Shown: positions 24,963 through 32,860, counted from the stretch's first letter. The stretch: DNA of 41,208 bases from an uncultured Clostridia bacterium (GCA_946626395.1 CAMOUF010000159.1:1-41208), one strand, 5' to 3'. Program-made: numbers and translations. The notes: generated from the letters alone by a model not told the origin.

Positions 24963-26468
24963 ATGAAGCGCCCCATTTTGCGCGTTCTGGGCCTTTTGCT
25001 GGTATGCGCGCTGCTGACGGGCTGTCAAAGCGCGGAAACCCCTGGCGCTGTCCAGGTGACACTGCCTCCCGCCGCCGTGAAGCACACCGCCCCCACAGGG
25101 GACGCGGCCCAGGCCTACGAGCAAACGGTGATGCTGTATCTGCCTTCCCTGGACGGCACCCGGCTCATTGCGGTGCCCAAGCGGATGAGCCTGCCCGCCG
25201 GAGCGCCCATGACGGAAACCATGGCCCGGGCGCTGCTGACAGAGCCCGCCGGGTCAAACACCGCCGTGCTGGGCAGCGGGGTGGAGCTGAGCCTGGCGGC
25301 GGGGGAAGCGGTAGAGGTCTCCGGGCAGGTGGCCACGGTGAGCCTGGCCCCCTCCGCCCTGGCGCTGACCTATGAGCAATTGTTTACCGTGGGCCAGGCT
25401 TTGGCCAATACCCTGTGCCAGTTTGGCGACGTGCAGTATGTGAACCTGCTGATCCAGGGCGTTCAGCCCGGCATGGGCCCCGGCGTTCAGCCCGCCGGCT
25501 GCTATCAGGCCAACACCCGGGAGGAGCTTTCCGCCCTGTGGGCCCGGGCCGCAGCCTCCCAGAGCCGCCGGACCTACACCGCCGCCCTGTATTTTCCCGC
25601 CCCTTCGGGCAAGGGCATCCTGTGCGAGCCCCGCACCCTGGCCTTCAGCGGGGCTGATCTGCCTTCCATGGCGCTGATGCTGCTGGACGCGCTGTCCACG
25701 GAAGCGGCGCTTTTGCCCCGGGCGCCCCGGTGCCCGGATTTTCGGCCTCTGCTGGCGGAAGCGCCCAGCGTGGATGAAAGCAGCGGGCAAAGGCGGCTGG
25801 TGCTGAAATTTCAGGAGGGCCTGAACCGGACGCTCATTGACGCGGGCATTACCCGCTCGGTAATGATGGCTTCCCTGACCTATACCATGACCACCTTCCT
25901 GCCCCATCTGGACGCCCTGGAGGTGAGCATCGGCAGCGAGCGCATTTCCTCCCTTTCCCCTTCTGGCGTATACGGACGCTCCGGAGACATCATCTCTTTT
26001 GAAGAAGGCGCTCTCAAGCGCTCGGATTTTTCCGGGTTCCTGCTGGCGGAATGCGGGCTGTACCTGGCCGACGGGGAGGGGCAATTGAAGCAGGTTTACC
26101 GGCCCGTGCCCTTCCGGGACGCCTATGACCCCCGAAAGCTGGTGGAGCAACTGCTGCTGGGCCCCCAGCCCTTTGACAGCGTGCCGGGCCTCTCCCCCAC
26201 CCTGCCGGAGGACTTGCGGGACAGCGACCTGCTGGGCGCGGCCTATGACGGCGACGTGCTGGTGCTGAACTTTTCCGGCAGGCTGCCGGAATTGTGCCGG
26301 GATTTAAGCGCCCCGGCAGAGGAAAGGCTGGTTTACAGCCTGGTCAATACCCTGTGCGGGCTGCCGGGCGTAAAGCGGGCCGCCATTTTCGTGGAGGGGA
26401 AACAGCCCGAATCCCTGGGCGGCAGCATCTATCTGCCCGGCGATTTTCTGCCTCTGCCGGAAAAATAA
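24963..26468 (+). CDS. GerM-like lipoprotein with two GerMN domains
   Basis: Lipobox LLTGCQ. There are two segments of GerMN type: VMLYLPSLDGTRLIAVPKRM... and TAALYFPAPSGKGILCEPRTLAF...; the protein ends ...VKRAAIFVEGKQ. Confidence 0.75.
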   Translation: MKRPILRVLGLLLVCALLTGCQSAETPGAVQVTLPPAAVKHTAPTGDAAQAYEQTVMLYLPSLDGTRLIAVPKRMSLPAGAPMTETMARALLTEPAGSNTAVLGSGVELSLAAGEAVEVSGQVATVSLAPSALALTYEQLFTVGQALANTLCQFGDVQYVNLLIQGVQPGMGPGVQPAGCYQANTREELSALWARAAASQSRRTYTAALYFPAPSGKGILCEPRTLAFSGADLPSMALMLLDALSTEAALLPRAPRCPDFRPLLAEAPSVDESSGQRRLVLKFQEGLNRTLIDAGITRSVMMASLTYTMTTFLPHLDALEVSIGSERISSLSPSGVYGRSGDIISFEEGALKRSDFSGFLLAECGLYLADGEGQLKQVYRPVPFRDAYDPRKLVEQLLLGPQPFDSVPGLSPTLPEDLRDSDLLGAAYDGDVLVLNFSGRLPELCRDLSAPAEERLVYSLVNTLCGLPGVKRAAIFVEGKQPESLGGSIYLPGDFLPLPEK

Positions 26469-26498
26469 TCGGTTTGTCGTTGTTCAGGCGCAAAAAAA

Positions 26499-26718
26499 GC
26501 ACTTTAAGCGAAAAGGCAATAGCATTAGGCAATAGGCATTAGGCAATAGACGAGAGAGCGCAGTAGACTGAGTTTAAAGCGCAGAGAATAGACGGACACA
26601 AGGAACGATTGCAGACTTGGAATCACTATAATATCTATCCTCTGAACTCTTCAAGCTGAACTCTAATTCTTCTATTACCTATTGCCTTTTGCCTTTTGCC
26701 TAATCATTTAAAGCGTTC
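26499..26718 (+). repeat. E1-type nested inverted-repeat element, copy e (largest, with both tiers of arms)
   Basis: GCACTTTAAGCG-AAA-AGGCAAT AGCATT AGGCAAT AGGCATT AGGCAAT-AGACGAGAG...core 26581-26636 GCAGAGAATAGACGGACACAAGGAACGATTGCAGACTTGGAATCACTATAATATCT...CTCTGAAC..GCTGAAC...TATTACC TATTGCC TTTTGCC TTTTGCC-TAATCA-TTTAAAGCGTTC. Confidence 0.9.
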
Positions 26719-26754
26719 TTCCATTTACCACAGAACATCTTCGCTGCTTTATGG

Positions 26755-27555
26755 TCAGCTTCCCGTGGACCGGTAAAAGCGCATGGCCCGCTGGAACACG
26801 GCGTACATGACAGCAAACAGCGCGGCCCCGGCCAGAGGCGTCACGAAGGCCGTCCAGTCTGGCCAGCCGTACAGGGGCTTACCCAGGATATAGGCGGCGG
26901 GCACATGCAGCGTCAGGGCGAAGGGCGCCACCACGGTAAAGATCAATCGCAGGGGCCGGGGAAAAATATCGATGGGATACTGGCAGGCGCTGCGGCCGCC
27001 ATAGGTCAGGGCGTTCACCAGCTCCACGGATTTCACCGAATGGATGGAAAACACCGCCTCGATCAAAAACAGTCCCAGCACCAGCAGCACTCCCAGCAGA
27101 ATGGATTCCGCCATGGCCAGCCCTTTGAGGACTGTCCATTGTACCTTGGACATGCCGCTGCCGATCACCAGCGCCGCCACCCCCACCGCGATGCAGGAAA
27201 CCCGCCGGGGATCAATGGCGGAGCACAGCACCTGGGTCAGCACGCCCCGGGGCCGCAAAAGCAGCGTATCCAATTGCCCGGAGCGCACCAGGGAGGAAAA
27301 ATTGCCCGTCACGCCGCGCCCGAAAAACTCCGTCAGGTAAAAGGTGACGGACATCATGCCGAAAAAGAAGAATAAATCCCCGGGCATCCATTGGCCCAGG
27401 CGCCCAAACCGATCCACGATCAGGATCACCGCCAGCATCTCCCCGCCCTCCATCACAAGCTGGGCCAGGGTCTGCATGAAGAAGGAGGCGGGATACTGCA
27501 ATTGGCTTTTCAGCAGCATGGCCATGGAGCGGAAATACAGCTTGATGGTGTTCAT
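26755..27555 (-). CDS. ABC-2 family transporter permease (ABC2_membrane_6/DUF990-like)
   Basis: 266 aa with 6 TM helices. The N-terminus YFRSMAMLLKSQLQYPASFFMQTLAQLV and the motif GQLDTLLLRP are typical of this permease family. It is the third gene of the ATPase-permease-permease operon. Confidence 0.8.
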   Translation of the reverse strand: MNTIKLYFRSMAMLLKSQLQYPASFFMQTLAQLVMEGGEMLAVILIVDRFGRLGQWMPGDLFFFFGMMSVTFYLTEFFGRGVTGNFSSLVRSGQLDTLLLRPRGVLTQVLCSAIDPRRVSCIAVGVAALVIGSGMSKVQWTVLKGLAMAESILLGVLLVLGLFLIEAVFSIHSVKSVELVNALTYGGRSACQYPIDIFPRPLRLIFTVVAPFALTLHVPAAYILGKPLYGWPDWTAFVTPLAGAALFAVMYAVFQRAMRFYRSTGS

Positions 27556-27558
27556 TTT

Positions 27559-28350
27559 TTACCCTCCCTGAATGACCAGCCGCTGCTGGTTCCGCTTCCA
27601 CAGCATGAGGCCCAGGAACACCAGGGCCGCCGTCCAGAGAAGCTGTGTCATCAATATCCGCGGGGCGTCCGCCGGGAGCCATTGGCCGGTATACAGGCGG
27701 ATGGGCGCGTCCAGCAATTGGGCGTAGGGCAGCAGAGTAATCACCCTTTGCCAGGAATCCGGAAACAGGGTCAGGGGGAGAATGTTGCCGGACAGGGTCA
27801 TCATCATGAGGTTCAGCATGGCCTGCACCCCCCGGGAATCCAGGGTGCGCATGGTAAAGCCCATGGTGATGTTTTCCAGGGCGCACACGCAGAGCAGGCC
27901 CAGGGCCAAGCCAACCAAGGCCAGGGCAAGCCCCGCCGGGGAGGCAGGCAAATGAAGGCCCCAGCCCGCCGGAAGCAGGGAAGCAAACGCCAGCATGGGC
28001 GCGGCCCGAAGCAAACTGCCCAGCAGCTTCTGCGCCAGGATGCGGGCGTAATAATACCCGTATAACTGCAAGGGGCGGCACAGGTCATAGGCGATGGCCC
28101 CGGTGCGGATTTTGTCCAAGAGGTCTGCGTCGGAGGCCAGCAGCATCCGGAAAAACGCCTGCTGGAGCCACACATAGGTGGCCACGGATTCCATGGGCAT
28201 GGTCTGGGGCTTGCTTTGGTACAGCGCCCGGTACAGCGCCACTAAAATCAGCCCGAAAAACACCTGGCAGATAATGCCGCCCACCACCGCGCCGCGGTAT
28301 TGCAGCTCCATCCGCCAGCGCATCCGGAACACGGAAAGATATGCTTTCAT
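27559..28350 (-). CDS. ABC-2 family transporter permease (paralogous partner)
   Basis: 263 aa. FRMRWRMELQYRGAVVGGIICQVFFGLILVALY...IRTGAIAYDLCRP is the same family pattern. It ends 3 nt before the next permease. Confidence 0.8.
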   Translation of the reverse strand: MKAYLSVFRMRWRMELQYRGAVVGGIICQVFFGLILVALYRALYQSKPQTMPMESVATYVWLQQAFFRMLLASDADLLDKIRTGAIAYDLCRPLQLYGYYYARILAQKLLGSLLRAAPMLAFASLLPAGWGLHLPASPAGLALALVGLALGLLCVCALENITMGFTMRTLDSRGVQAMLNLMMMTLSGNILPLTLFPDSWQRVITLLPYAQLLDAPIRLYTGQWLPADAPRILMTQLLWTAALVFLGLMLWKRNQQRLVIQGG

Positions 28351-28397
28351 ACGTCACCACATCTGTTTGTTGCGTTTAAAAAGTATCCAAGTAAAAA

Positions 28398-28601
28398 CTG
28401 ATCAATTCAAAATAGCTTATAAAGATACAATGTAAGGAACGGTCAAAGGGTAGGGGCGTTTATCTCCGCCCGTAAAGCAGGCATTACAAATGTTGGGAGA
28501 ACAAGTACATGAAATAATTCTCTTGGGCGGGCGGATATTATCCGCCCCTACAAGTCGCCCAGCCAGCAATCGTATAAAAATAAATTGATTTGAATTGATC
28601 A
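28398..28601. repeat. E5: MITE-like nested palindrome inside the ABC operon
   Basis: The outer inverted repeat is a perfect 13 bp: TGATCAATTCAAA (28399-28411) and TTTGAATTGATCA (28589-28601). The inner inverted pair consists of two small hairpins: GTAGGGGCG-TTTATCT-CCGCCCG (28450-28472) and CGGGCGG-ATATTAT-CCGCCCCTAC (28526-28551). The centre is AT-rich. Confidence 0.8.
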
Positions 28602-28622
28602 TTCTTTACACAAGTGAATCAT

Positions 28623-28692
28623 GCAATAGACGATAGAGTGCGAAGCGCAAACTATGAACTCCTCACTCCTAACTCCTCACTCCTCACTGATT
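28623..28692. repeat. Chimeric E1/E2 element (E2 copy c)
   Basis: GCAATAGACGATAGAGTGC (compare GGCAATAGACGAGAGAGCGC of E1 at 26542-26561), then TGCGAAGCGCA, a small hairpin with opposite polarity to the E2 core, then the E2 right arm AACTCCT CACTCCT AACTCCT CACTCCT CACTGATT. There is no E2 left arm. Confidence 0.7.
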
Positions 28693-28698
28693 GCAATA

Positions 28699-29661
28699 TT
28701 ACAAGTCCATCTCCCGATACATGGCGGCGATCAAATGATCAATGTTCTGGGGCTGGGCGGTGAGCTCCCGAATGGGCCCGGCGCTTTGCAGCAAAGACAG
28801 CAGCTGGGAGGTGGGCAGCGCAGCGGGGGCATAGGTGATTTTCCAGTCCGCCCCCTCCCGGCTGACGGCGCAGCTTTCCGGCAGGGGCGGCAAAGAGGTT
28901 TCGGCTTCATAGCGCACGGTCAACTGGCGCAGGGTATCATACCGGGAAAGCAGCTGAGGCAGCGCCCCGTCATAGAGCTTTTTCCCATGGCCCAGCACCA
29001 TCACCCGTGGGCACAGGGCGGCGATGTCCTCCATGTCGTGGGTAGTAAGCAGGATAGTGGTGCCGTTGCGTTCGTTTTCCTCTTTCAGAAAATCCCGCAG
29101 CGCCAGCTTGCTCACCGCGTCCAGGCCGATGGTGGGCTCGTCCAGAAACAAAAGCTCCGGCCCGTGGAGCAGCGAGCCGCACAGCTCCGCCCGCATCCGC
29201 TGGCCCAGGCTCAGCAGCCGCAGGGGCGTGCGGAGGAAATCCTCCAATTGCAGGGCGTCGGTGAGCCGGGCCAGCCGGGCGCGGTATTCCCCTTCCGGCA
29301 CCCGGTAAATATCCCTGAGCAAAGAAAAGCTGTCCAGGATGGGCACGTCCCACCACAGTTGGCTCCGCTGGCCGAACACCACGCCGATACGGCGCACGTG
29401 ATCCTTTCTCTCCTTCCAGGGAACCCGTCCGCCCACGTTTACCTGGCCCCCGTCCGGGGTCAGGATGCCGCTCAAAATTTTCACGGTGGTGGATTTGCCC
29501 GCGCCGTTGGGGCCGATGTAGCCCACCAGCTCCCCCCGCTCAATGGAAAAGGATACGTCCTGCAGGGCGCGCACCAGCGTTTTTTCCCGCAGCAAACGCC
29601 CCTGCCGTTTCTTGCGCACGGCAAAGGTTTTATTCAGCCCTTCCACGGCAATGTAGCTCAT
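28699..29661 (-). CDS. ABC transporter ATP-binding protein
   Basis: Walker A is GPNGAGKST. The signature region is LSLGQRMRAEL. Walker B is LLFLDEPTIGLD. The H-loop is TTHDM. Confidence 0.95.
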   Translation of the reverse strand: MSYIAVEGLNKTFAVRKKRQGRLLREKTLVRALQDVSFSIERGELVGYIGPNGAGKSTTVKILSGILTPDGGQVNVGGRVPWKERKDHVRRIGVVFGQRSQLWWDVPILDSFSLLRDIYRVPEGEYRARLARLTDALQLEDFLRTPLRLLSLGQRMRAELCGSLLHGPELLFLDEPTIGLDAVSKLALRDFLKEENERNGTTILLTTHDMEDIAALCPRVMVLGHGKKLYDGALPQLLSRYDTLRQLTVRYEAETSLPPLPESCAVSREGADWKITYAPAALPTSQLLSLLQSAGPIRELTAQPQNIDHLIAAMYREMDL

Positions 29662-29717
29662 GCGTTCCTCCCAAAGGTCCGTCGATGTAAGAAAACAAAA
29701 GCGTTAAAAGGGCTCCT

Positions 29718-29747
29718 ATCATAGCATGATTCTTTGAATCCTGTCAA
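29718..29747 (-). promoter_or_regulatory. Putative sigma-A promoter of the ABC operon
   Basis: The minus strand reads TTGACA (29747-29742), an 18-nt spacer, then TATGAT (29723-29718), about 55 nt upstream of the ATG at 29661. Confidence 0.55.
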
Positions 29748-29760
29748 GCAATTCCAAATA

Positions 29761-29845
29761 AAAAGGCTCAATGTAAAAGTTTGTGGGGGGAACCTCTCTT
29801 TGGATGCCAAAGAGAGGTTCCCCCCACACCCCCCTCCGAGAAAGC
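29761..29845 (+). repeat. E4-type palindromic element, copy d
   Basis: AAAAGGCTCAATGTAAAAGTTTGTGGGGGGAACCTCTCTTTGG-ATG-CCAAAGAGAGGTTCCCCCCACACCCCCCTCCGAGAAAGCA. The stem is a perfect 21 bp. Its CCTCTC/GAGAGG is a compensated variant of CCGCTC/GAGCGG. Confidence 0.9.
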
Positions 29846-29943
29846 AATCCAGGAATTGATAATCGCTGTTTTTCCTTTTCTAATGCTTTATGAAGGGAAG
29901 AACAATAGATTGATTGGTATCCCCGCAAGATTTTGTAATGAAC

Positions 29944-29977
29944 CAAAAAACGCCTCTCACCGAAGGGAGAGACGGCG
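29944..29977 (-). terminator. Rho-independent terminator downstream of the 29999-30775 gene
   Basis: The minus strand reads CGCCGTCTCTCCCTTCGGTGAGAGGCG followed by TTTTTTGG. The stem is about 10 bp, with one bulge and one mismatch. Confidence 0.7.
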
Positions 29978-29998
29978 CTTGTTGGCAAGGGTTCATCT

Positions 29999-30775
29999 TC
30001 ATTTCTCATGCAGCACATTTTCCACCAGGCCCACGGCGGCGCGGACGCAGTCGTCGCATTCGCACAGGACGCAGCCGGTGTCCGCGCCCTTGAGCTCTTT
30101 GCAGACGGACGCCCCGCACTGTTCCGTGAAGGCCTGATACAGGGCCTTGGCCGGGCGGAACATGGGCGCGCCCTGATACCGGAAGATGCCCAGCAGCATT
30201 TCCGCAGCGATCAGCGCCCCGCAGGTGGATTCCATGCAGCCCATGCCCACGGCGAAGGCGGCGGTCATTTTCTTCATCGTTTCCACCGGAATGCCCGTCT
30301 GCCGGGCATAGGCGCACAGCACCGCCTGGCAGCAGTTGCAGCCGGAATGCTTGAGCAGCACGGCGTATTCCTGGAAAAACCCCTTGCGAAGGGCCAGATA
30401 CCGCTGGTATTTTTCTTCCTTTTCAAAGTGGGCTTCCCGGGTTTGCAGGGGATTGCCTTCGTATCGCAGGGCCGTATCCCCGAACTGCTCGCTGGTCAGG
30501 TCGAACACCTGGCCGTCCACGGCGTTATAGCAATGAAAGTTTCCGTCCCCCAGGGGCACGCCATACACCTGGCCCCCGAAAAGATCCTGGGCCAGAAAGG
30601 CGGTGACGGAGCATTGGCCCAGAGTGGGATTCTGCCGGGTCCATTCCTTGCGCATCCGGGGCGCGCAGGTATCGGCGCTCCACAGATTTTTCAGCAGGTC
30701 GTACATAGCCTGAACCGTCAGGCCGTTTTCATCCCGCAGGGTCACGGCGTTTCCGCCGAAAAAAGAATAAGACAT
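29999..30775 (-). CDS. Fusion protein: YunG-like N-terminal domain plus a C_GCAxxG_C_C-family Cys-rich C-terminal domain
   Basis: The ATG at 30775 follows GGGAGGA. The N-terminal half (LWSADTCAPRMRKEWTRQNPTLGQCSVTAFLAQDLFGGQVY...FHCYN..DGQVFDLTSEQF) resembles the YunG family. The C-terminal half (GCNCCQAVLCAY...GMGCMESTCGALIAAEMLLG...CGASVCKELKG...CECDDCVRAAV) matches the C_GCAxxG_C_C pattern. Confidence 0.7.
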   Translation of the reverse strand: MSYSFFGGNAVTLRDENGLTVQAMYDLLKNLWSADTCAPRMRKEWTRQNPTLGQCSVTAFLAQDLFGGQVYGVPLGDGNFHCYNAVDGQVFDLTSEQFGDTALRYEGNPLQTREAHFEKEEKYQRYLALRKGFFQEYAVLLKHSGCNCCQAVLCAYARQTGIPVETMKKMTAAFAVGMGCMESTCGALIAAEMLLGIFRYQGAPMFRPAKALYQAFTEQCGASVCKELKGADTGCVLCECDDCVRAAVGLVENVLHEK

Positions 30776-30890
30776 GCTCTGTCCTCCCGCTGATTCGCTG
30801 TGTTCGCATCCCCGCGCGGACGGCCTCAATTTCCCCCGCAAAAAAGTTTATTCCTCGTAACTGTTCCGTGGTATCAAGATCGCGTTCAAT

Positions 30891-30985
30891 CAATAAGGAA
30901 TTAGGAATAAGGAGGCTGGAGTGAATCGCCTGCGCTTCGCGCATTGAACAATTTTCAACTCCTCACTCCTAACTCCTCACTGATC
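30891..30985 (+). repeat. E2-type nested inverted-repeat element, copy d (left arm carries G-to-A transitions)
   Basis: Left arm AAGGAAT TAGGAAT AAGGAGG (30895-30915). The core is ...CGCCTGCGCTTCGCGCATTGAACAATTTTC. The right arm ACTCCTCACTCCTAACTCCTC (30958-30978) is followed by ACTGATC. Confidence 0.85.
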
Positions 30986-30986
30986 A

Positions 30987-31841
30987 TTACTCCAATCTTT
31001 CCAGACACTGGTACAGCCGATCCAATTCGTCCTCGCTGTAATACTGGAGGATGATTTTGCCGCGCTTGCGGCTGCCCTTGAGTTGGGTGCGCAGGCCGAA
31101 GGTTTCCCGCAACCGGTTTTCCATGTCCTGCAATTCCAGAGGCAGGGGCCGGGGCTCGGGCTTTTTCCGGGGCAGGACTGTGGGCTCGGCGGCCATCTTT
31201 TCCAACTGCCGCACGCTCAGGCCCTCCAGGATCACCGCCTGGGCCAGAGCGATCTGCCGCCGCTCCTCCTCGATGCCGGCCAGCACCCGGGCATGGCCCG
31301 CGGACAGGCGGCCCGCGATCACATCGTCCTGCACCGTCTTGGGCAGGTTCAGCAGCCGCAGCAGGTTCGCCACCGCGGGGCGGGATTTGCCCAGCCGTTT
31401 GGCGGCCTGCTCCTGGGTGTAATGGCATTCTTCCATGAACTGCTTCACTGCCGCCGCCTCTTCAATGGGGTTTAAATCCTCCCGCTGCAGGTTTTCGATG
31501 AGGGCGGCTTCCATTTGCTCCTGGGGCGAAAAATCCCGCACGATGCAGGGCACGGATTCCAGCCCCGCGATCCGCGCGGCCCGGAACCGGCGCTCCCCCG
31601 CCACGATGCGGTAGCGCCCGTTTTCCTCCACCACCAGCAGCGGCTGCAGCACCCCCGCCGTGCGGATGGAGTCTGCCAGCGTTTGCAGGGCCGCTTCGTC
31701 AAAATCCCGCCGCGGCTGCTCCGGATTCCGGTCGATCTCCGTCACCGCGATCATGCTGACCATGTTGTCCAGATCGTTGCTCTCAGGCAGCAGGGCGTCC
31801 AGCCCCCGGCCCAGCCCCATTTTTTTCATAGCGCGTTTCAC
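30987..31841 (-). CDS. spo0J: Chromosome partitioning protein ParB/Spo0J
   Basis: GLGRGLDALL, EIDRNPEQPRRDFDE..L..LA.SI...GVLQPLLV, and RYRIVAGERRFRAA are canonical ParB boxes. The start is ambiguous: GTG at 31841, or ATG at 31829 or 31820. Confidence 0.95.
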   Translation of the reverse strand: MKRAMKKMGLGRGLDALLPESNDLDNMVSMIAVTEIDRNPEQPRRDFDEAALQTLADSIRTAGVLQPLLVVEENGRYRIVAGERRFRAARIAGLESVPCIVRDFSPQEQMEAALIENLQREDLNPIEEAAAVKQFMEECHYTQEQAAKRLGKSRPAVANLLRLLNLPKTVQDDVIAGRLSAGHARVLAGIEEERRQIALAQAVILEGLSVRQLEKMAAEPTVLPRKKPEPRPLPLELQDMENRLRETFGLRTQLKGSRKRGKIILQYYSEDELDRLYQCLERLE

Positions 31842-31898
31842 CCCATCAGCATCTCATTCCAACATAAAAGAAGCTATGTTGAAAACCCGGCTTTTTCG

Positions 31899-31946
31899 CT
31901 TTTCATTTCTGATTCGACAGGCGAATTCCTCTTATCTATATAGACG
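31899..31946. repeat. Short perfect inverted repeat in the soj-spo0J intergenic region
   Basis: TTCTGATTCG (31899-31908), 28 nt, then CGAATCAGAA (31937-31946). It contains the CTGAT/ATCAG words that border the E2/E3 arms. It is not a parS match. Confidence 0.5.
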
Positions 31947-32011
31947 AATCAGAATACGAAAATGTTCCGTTGATTTTGAAAAAAATGAATCTTTGGAAGT
32001 TTTGCACAAAT

Positions 32012-32779
32012 TTACTTTTTTGCTTTGTTCTTTTTGATAATTTCCTGAGCCAATGCCCGGTACGCCTCCGCGCCGGAGCTGCGGCTGTCGTACAGATTGA
32101 TGGGCAGGCCGTGGCTGGGGGCCTCCCCCAGGCGTACGTTCCGGGGCACGGTGGTTTTGAACACCTGCTGTTTAAAGTGCTTCTTCACCTCCGCCACCAC
32201 CTGTAAGCCCAGGTTGGTGCGGCCGTCCAGCATGGTCAAAAGCACGCCTTCGATTTCCAGGCCCGGATTCAGCCCCCGCTTCACCCGCTGCACTGTGTTC
32301 ATCAGGGCCGTGACCCCTTCCAGAGCATAGTATTCGCACTGAATGGGAATCAGCACGCTTTGGGCGGCGGTGAGGGCGTTGATGGTGAGCATGCCCAGGG
32401 AAGGGGGGCAGTCCACGATAATAAAATCATAATCCTTCCGGCAGGGCTCCAGCGCTGCCCTCGTCCGGTATTCCCGGCGGTCCATGCCCGCCAGTTCCAG
32501 CTCCGCCCCGGCCAAACGAATGTCCGACGGGGCCACGAACAGCTTTTTCTGCTTGGTTTTTTCCACGGTGCTTTCCAGGGGGCATTCCCCCAGCAGCACT
32601 TCATACACCGTTTTCTTTCCCGCCCGGACGCCCAGGCCGCTGCTGGCGTTGCCCTGAGGGTCCATATCCACAAGCAACGTGGGCTTGCCCTCATCCGCCA
32701 GACAGGCGGCCAGGTTCACAGCCGTGGTGGTTTTTCCCACGCCGCCTTTCTGGTTGGCGATGCAAATAATTTTCCCCAT
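32012..32779 (-). CDS. soj: Chromosome partitioning ATPase ParA/Soj
   Basis: The deviant Walker A is IANQKGGVGKTTTAVNLAA. Also present are LLVDMDPQGNAS and FIIVDCPPSLG. Confidence 0.95.
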   Translation of the reverse strand: MGKIICIANQKGGVGKTTTAVNLAACLADEGKPTLLVDMDPQGNASSGLGVRAGKKTVYEVLLGECPLESTVEKTKQKKLFVAPSDIRLAGAELELAGMDRREYRTRAALEPCRKDYDFIIVDCPPSLGMLTINALTAAQSVLIPIQCEYYALEGVTALMNTVQRVKRGLNPGLEIEGVLLTMLDGRTNLGLQVVAEVKKHFKQQVFKTTVPRNVRLGEAPSHGLPINLYDSRSSGAEAYRALAQEIIKKNKAKK

Positions 32780-32860
32780 GAAGATCCCTTCTTCAATTGT
32801 TCAATCATTTTGTTCTTGATCCGGCGCAGGCTTTCCGGAACGAAAACCCACGCCCGCTTT

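Noticed and set aside
26581-26636. TATAAT box in the E1 core (CACTATAATATCT) as an outward-facing promoter
   Set aside because: There is no acceptable -35 at 17 nt. The hexamer is also not conserved in the other cores (TAAAAAT at 24819-24825, TAAAAT in the 40093-40150 copy, AAAAAAA at 705-711).
31842-32011. Searched the soj-spo0J region for a parS site (TGTTNCACGTGAAACA)
   Set aside because: Only half-site-like fragments (GTTTCAC at about 31835, TGTTCCGTTGA at about 31963) are present. No 16-bp palindrome was found by eye in this region or inside spo0J, so no parS is called.
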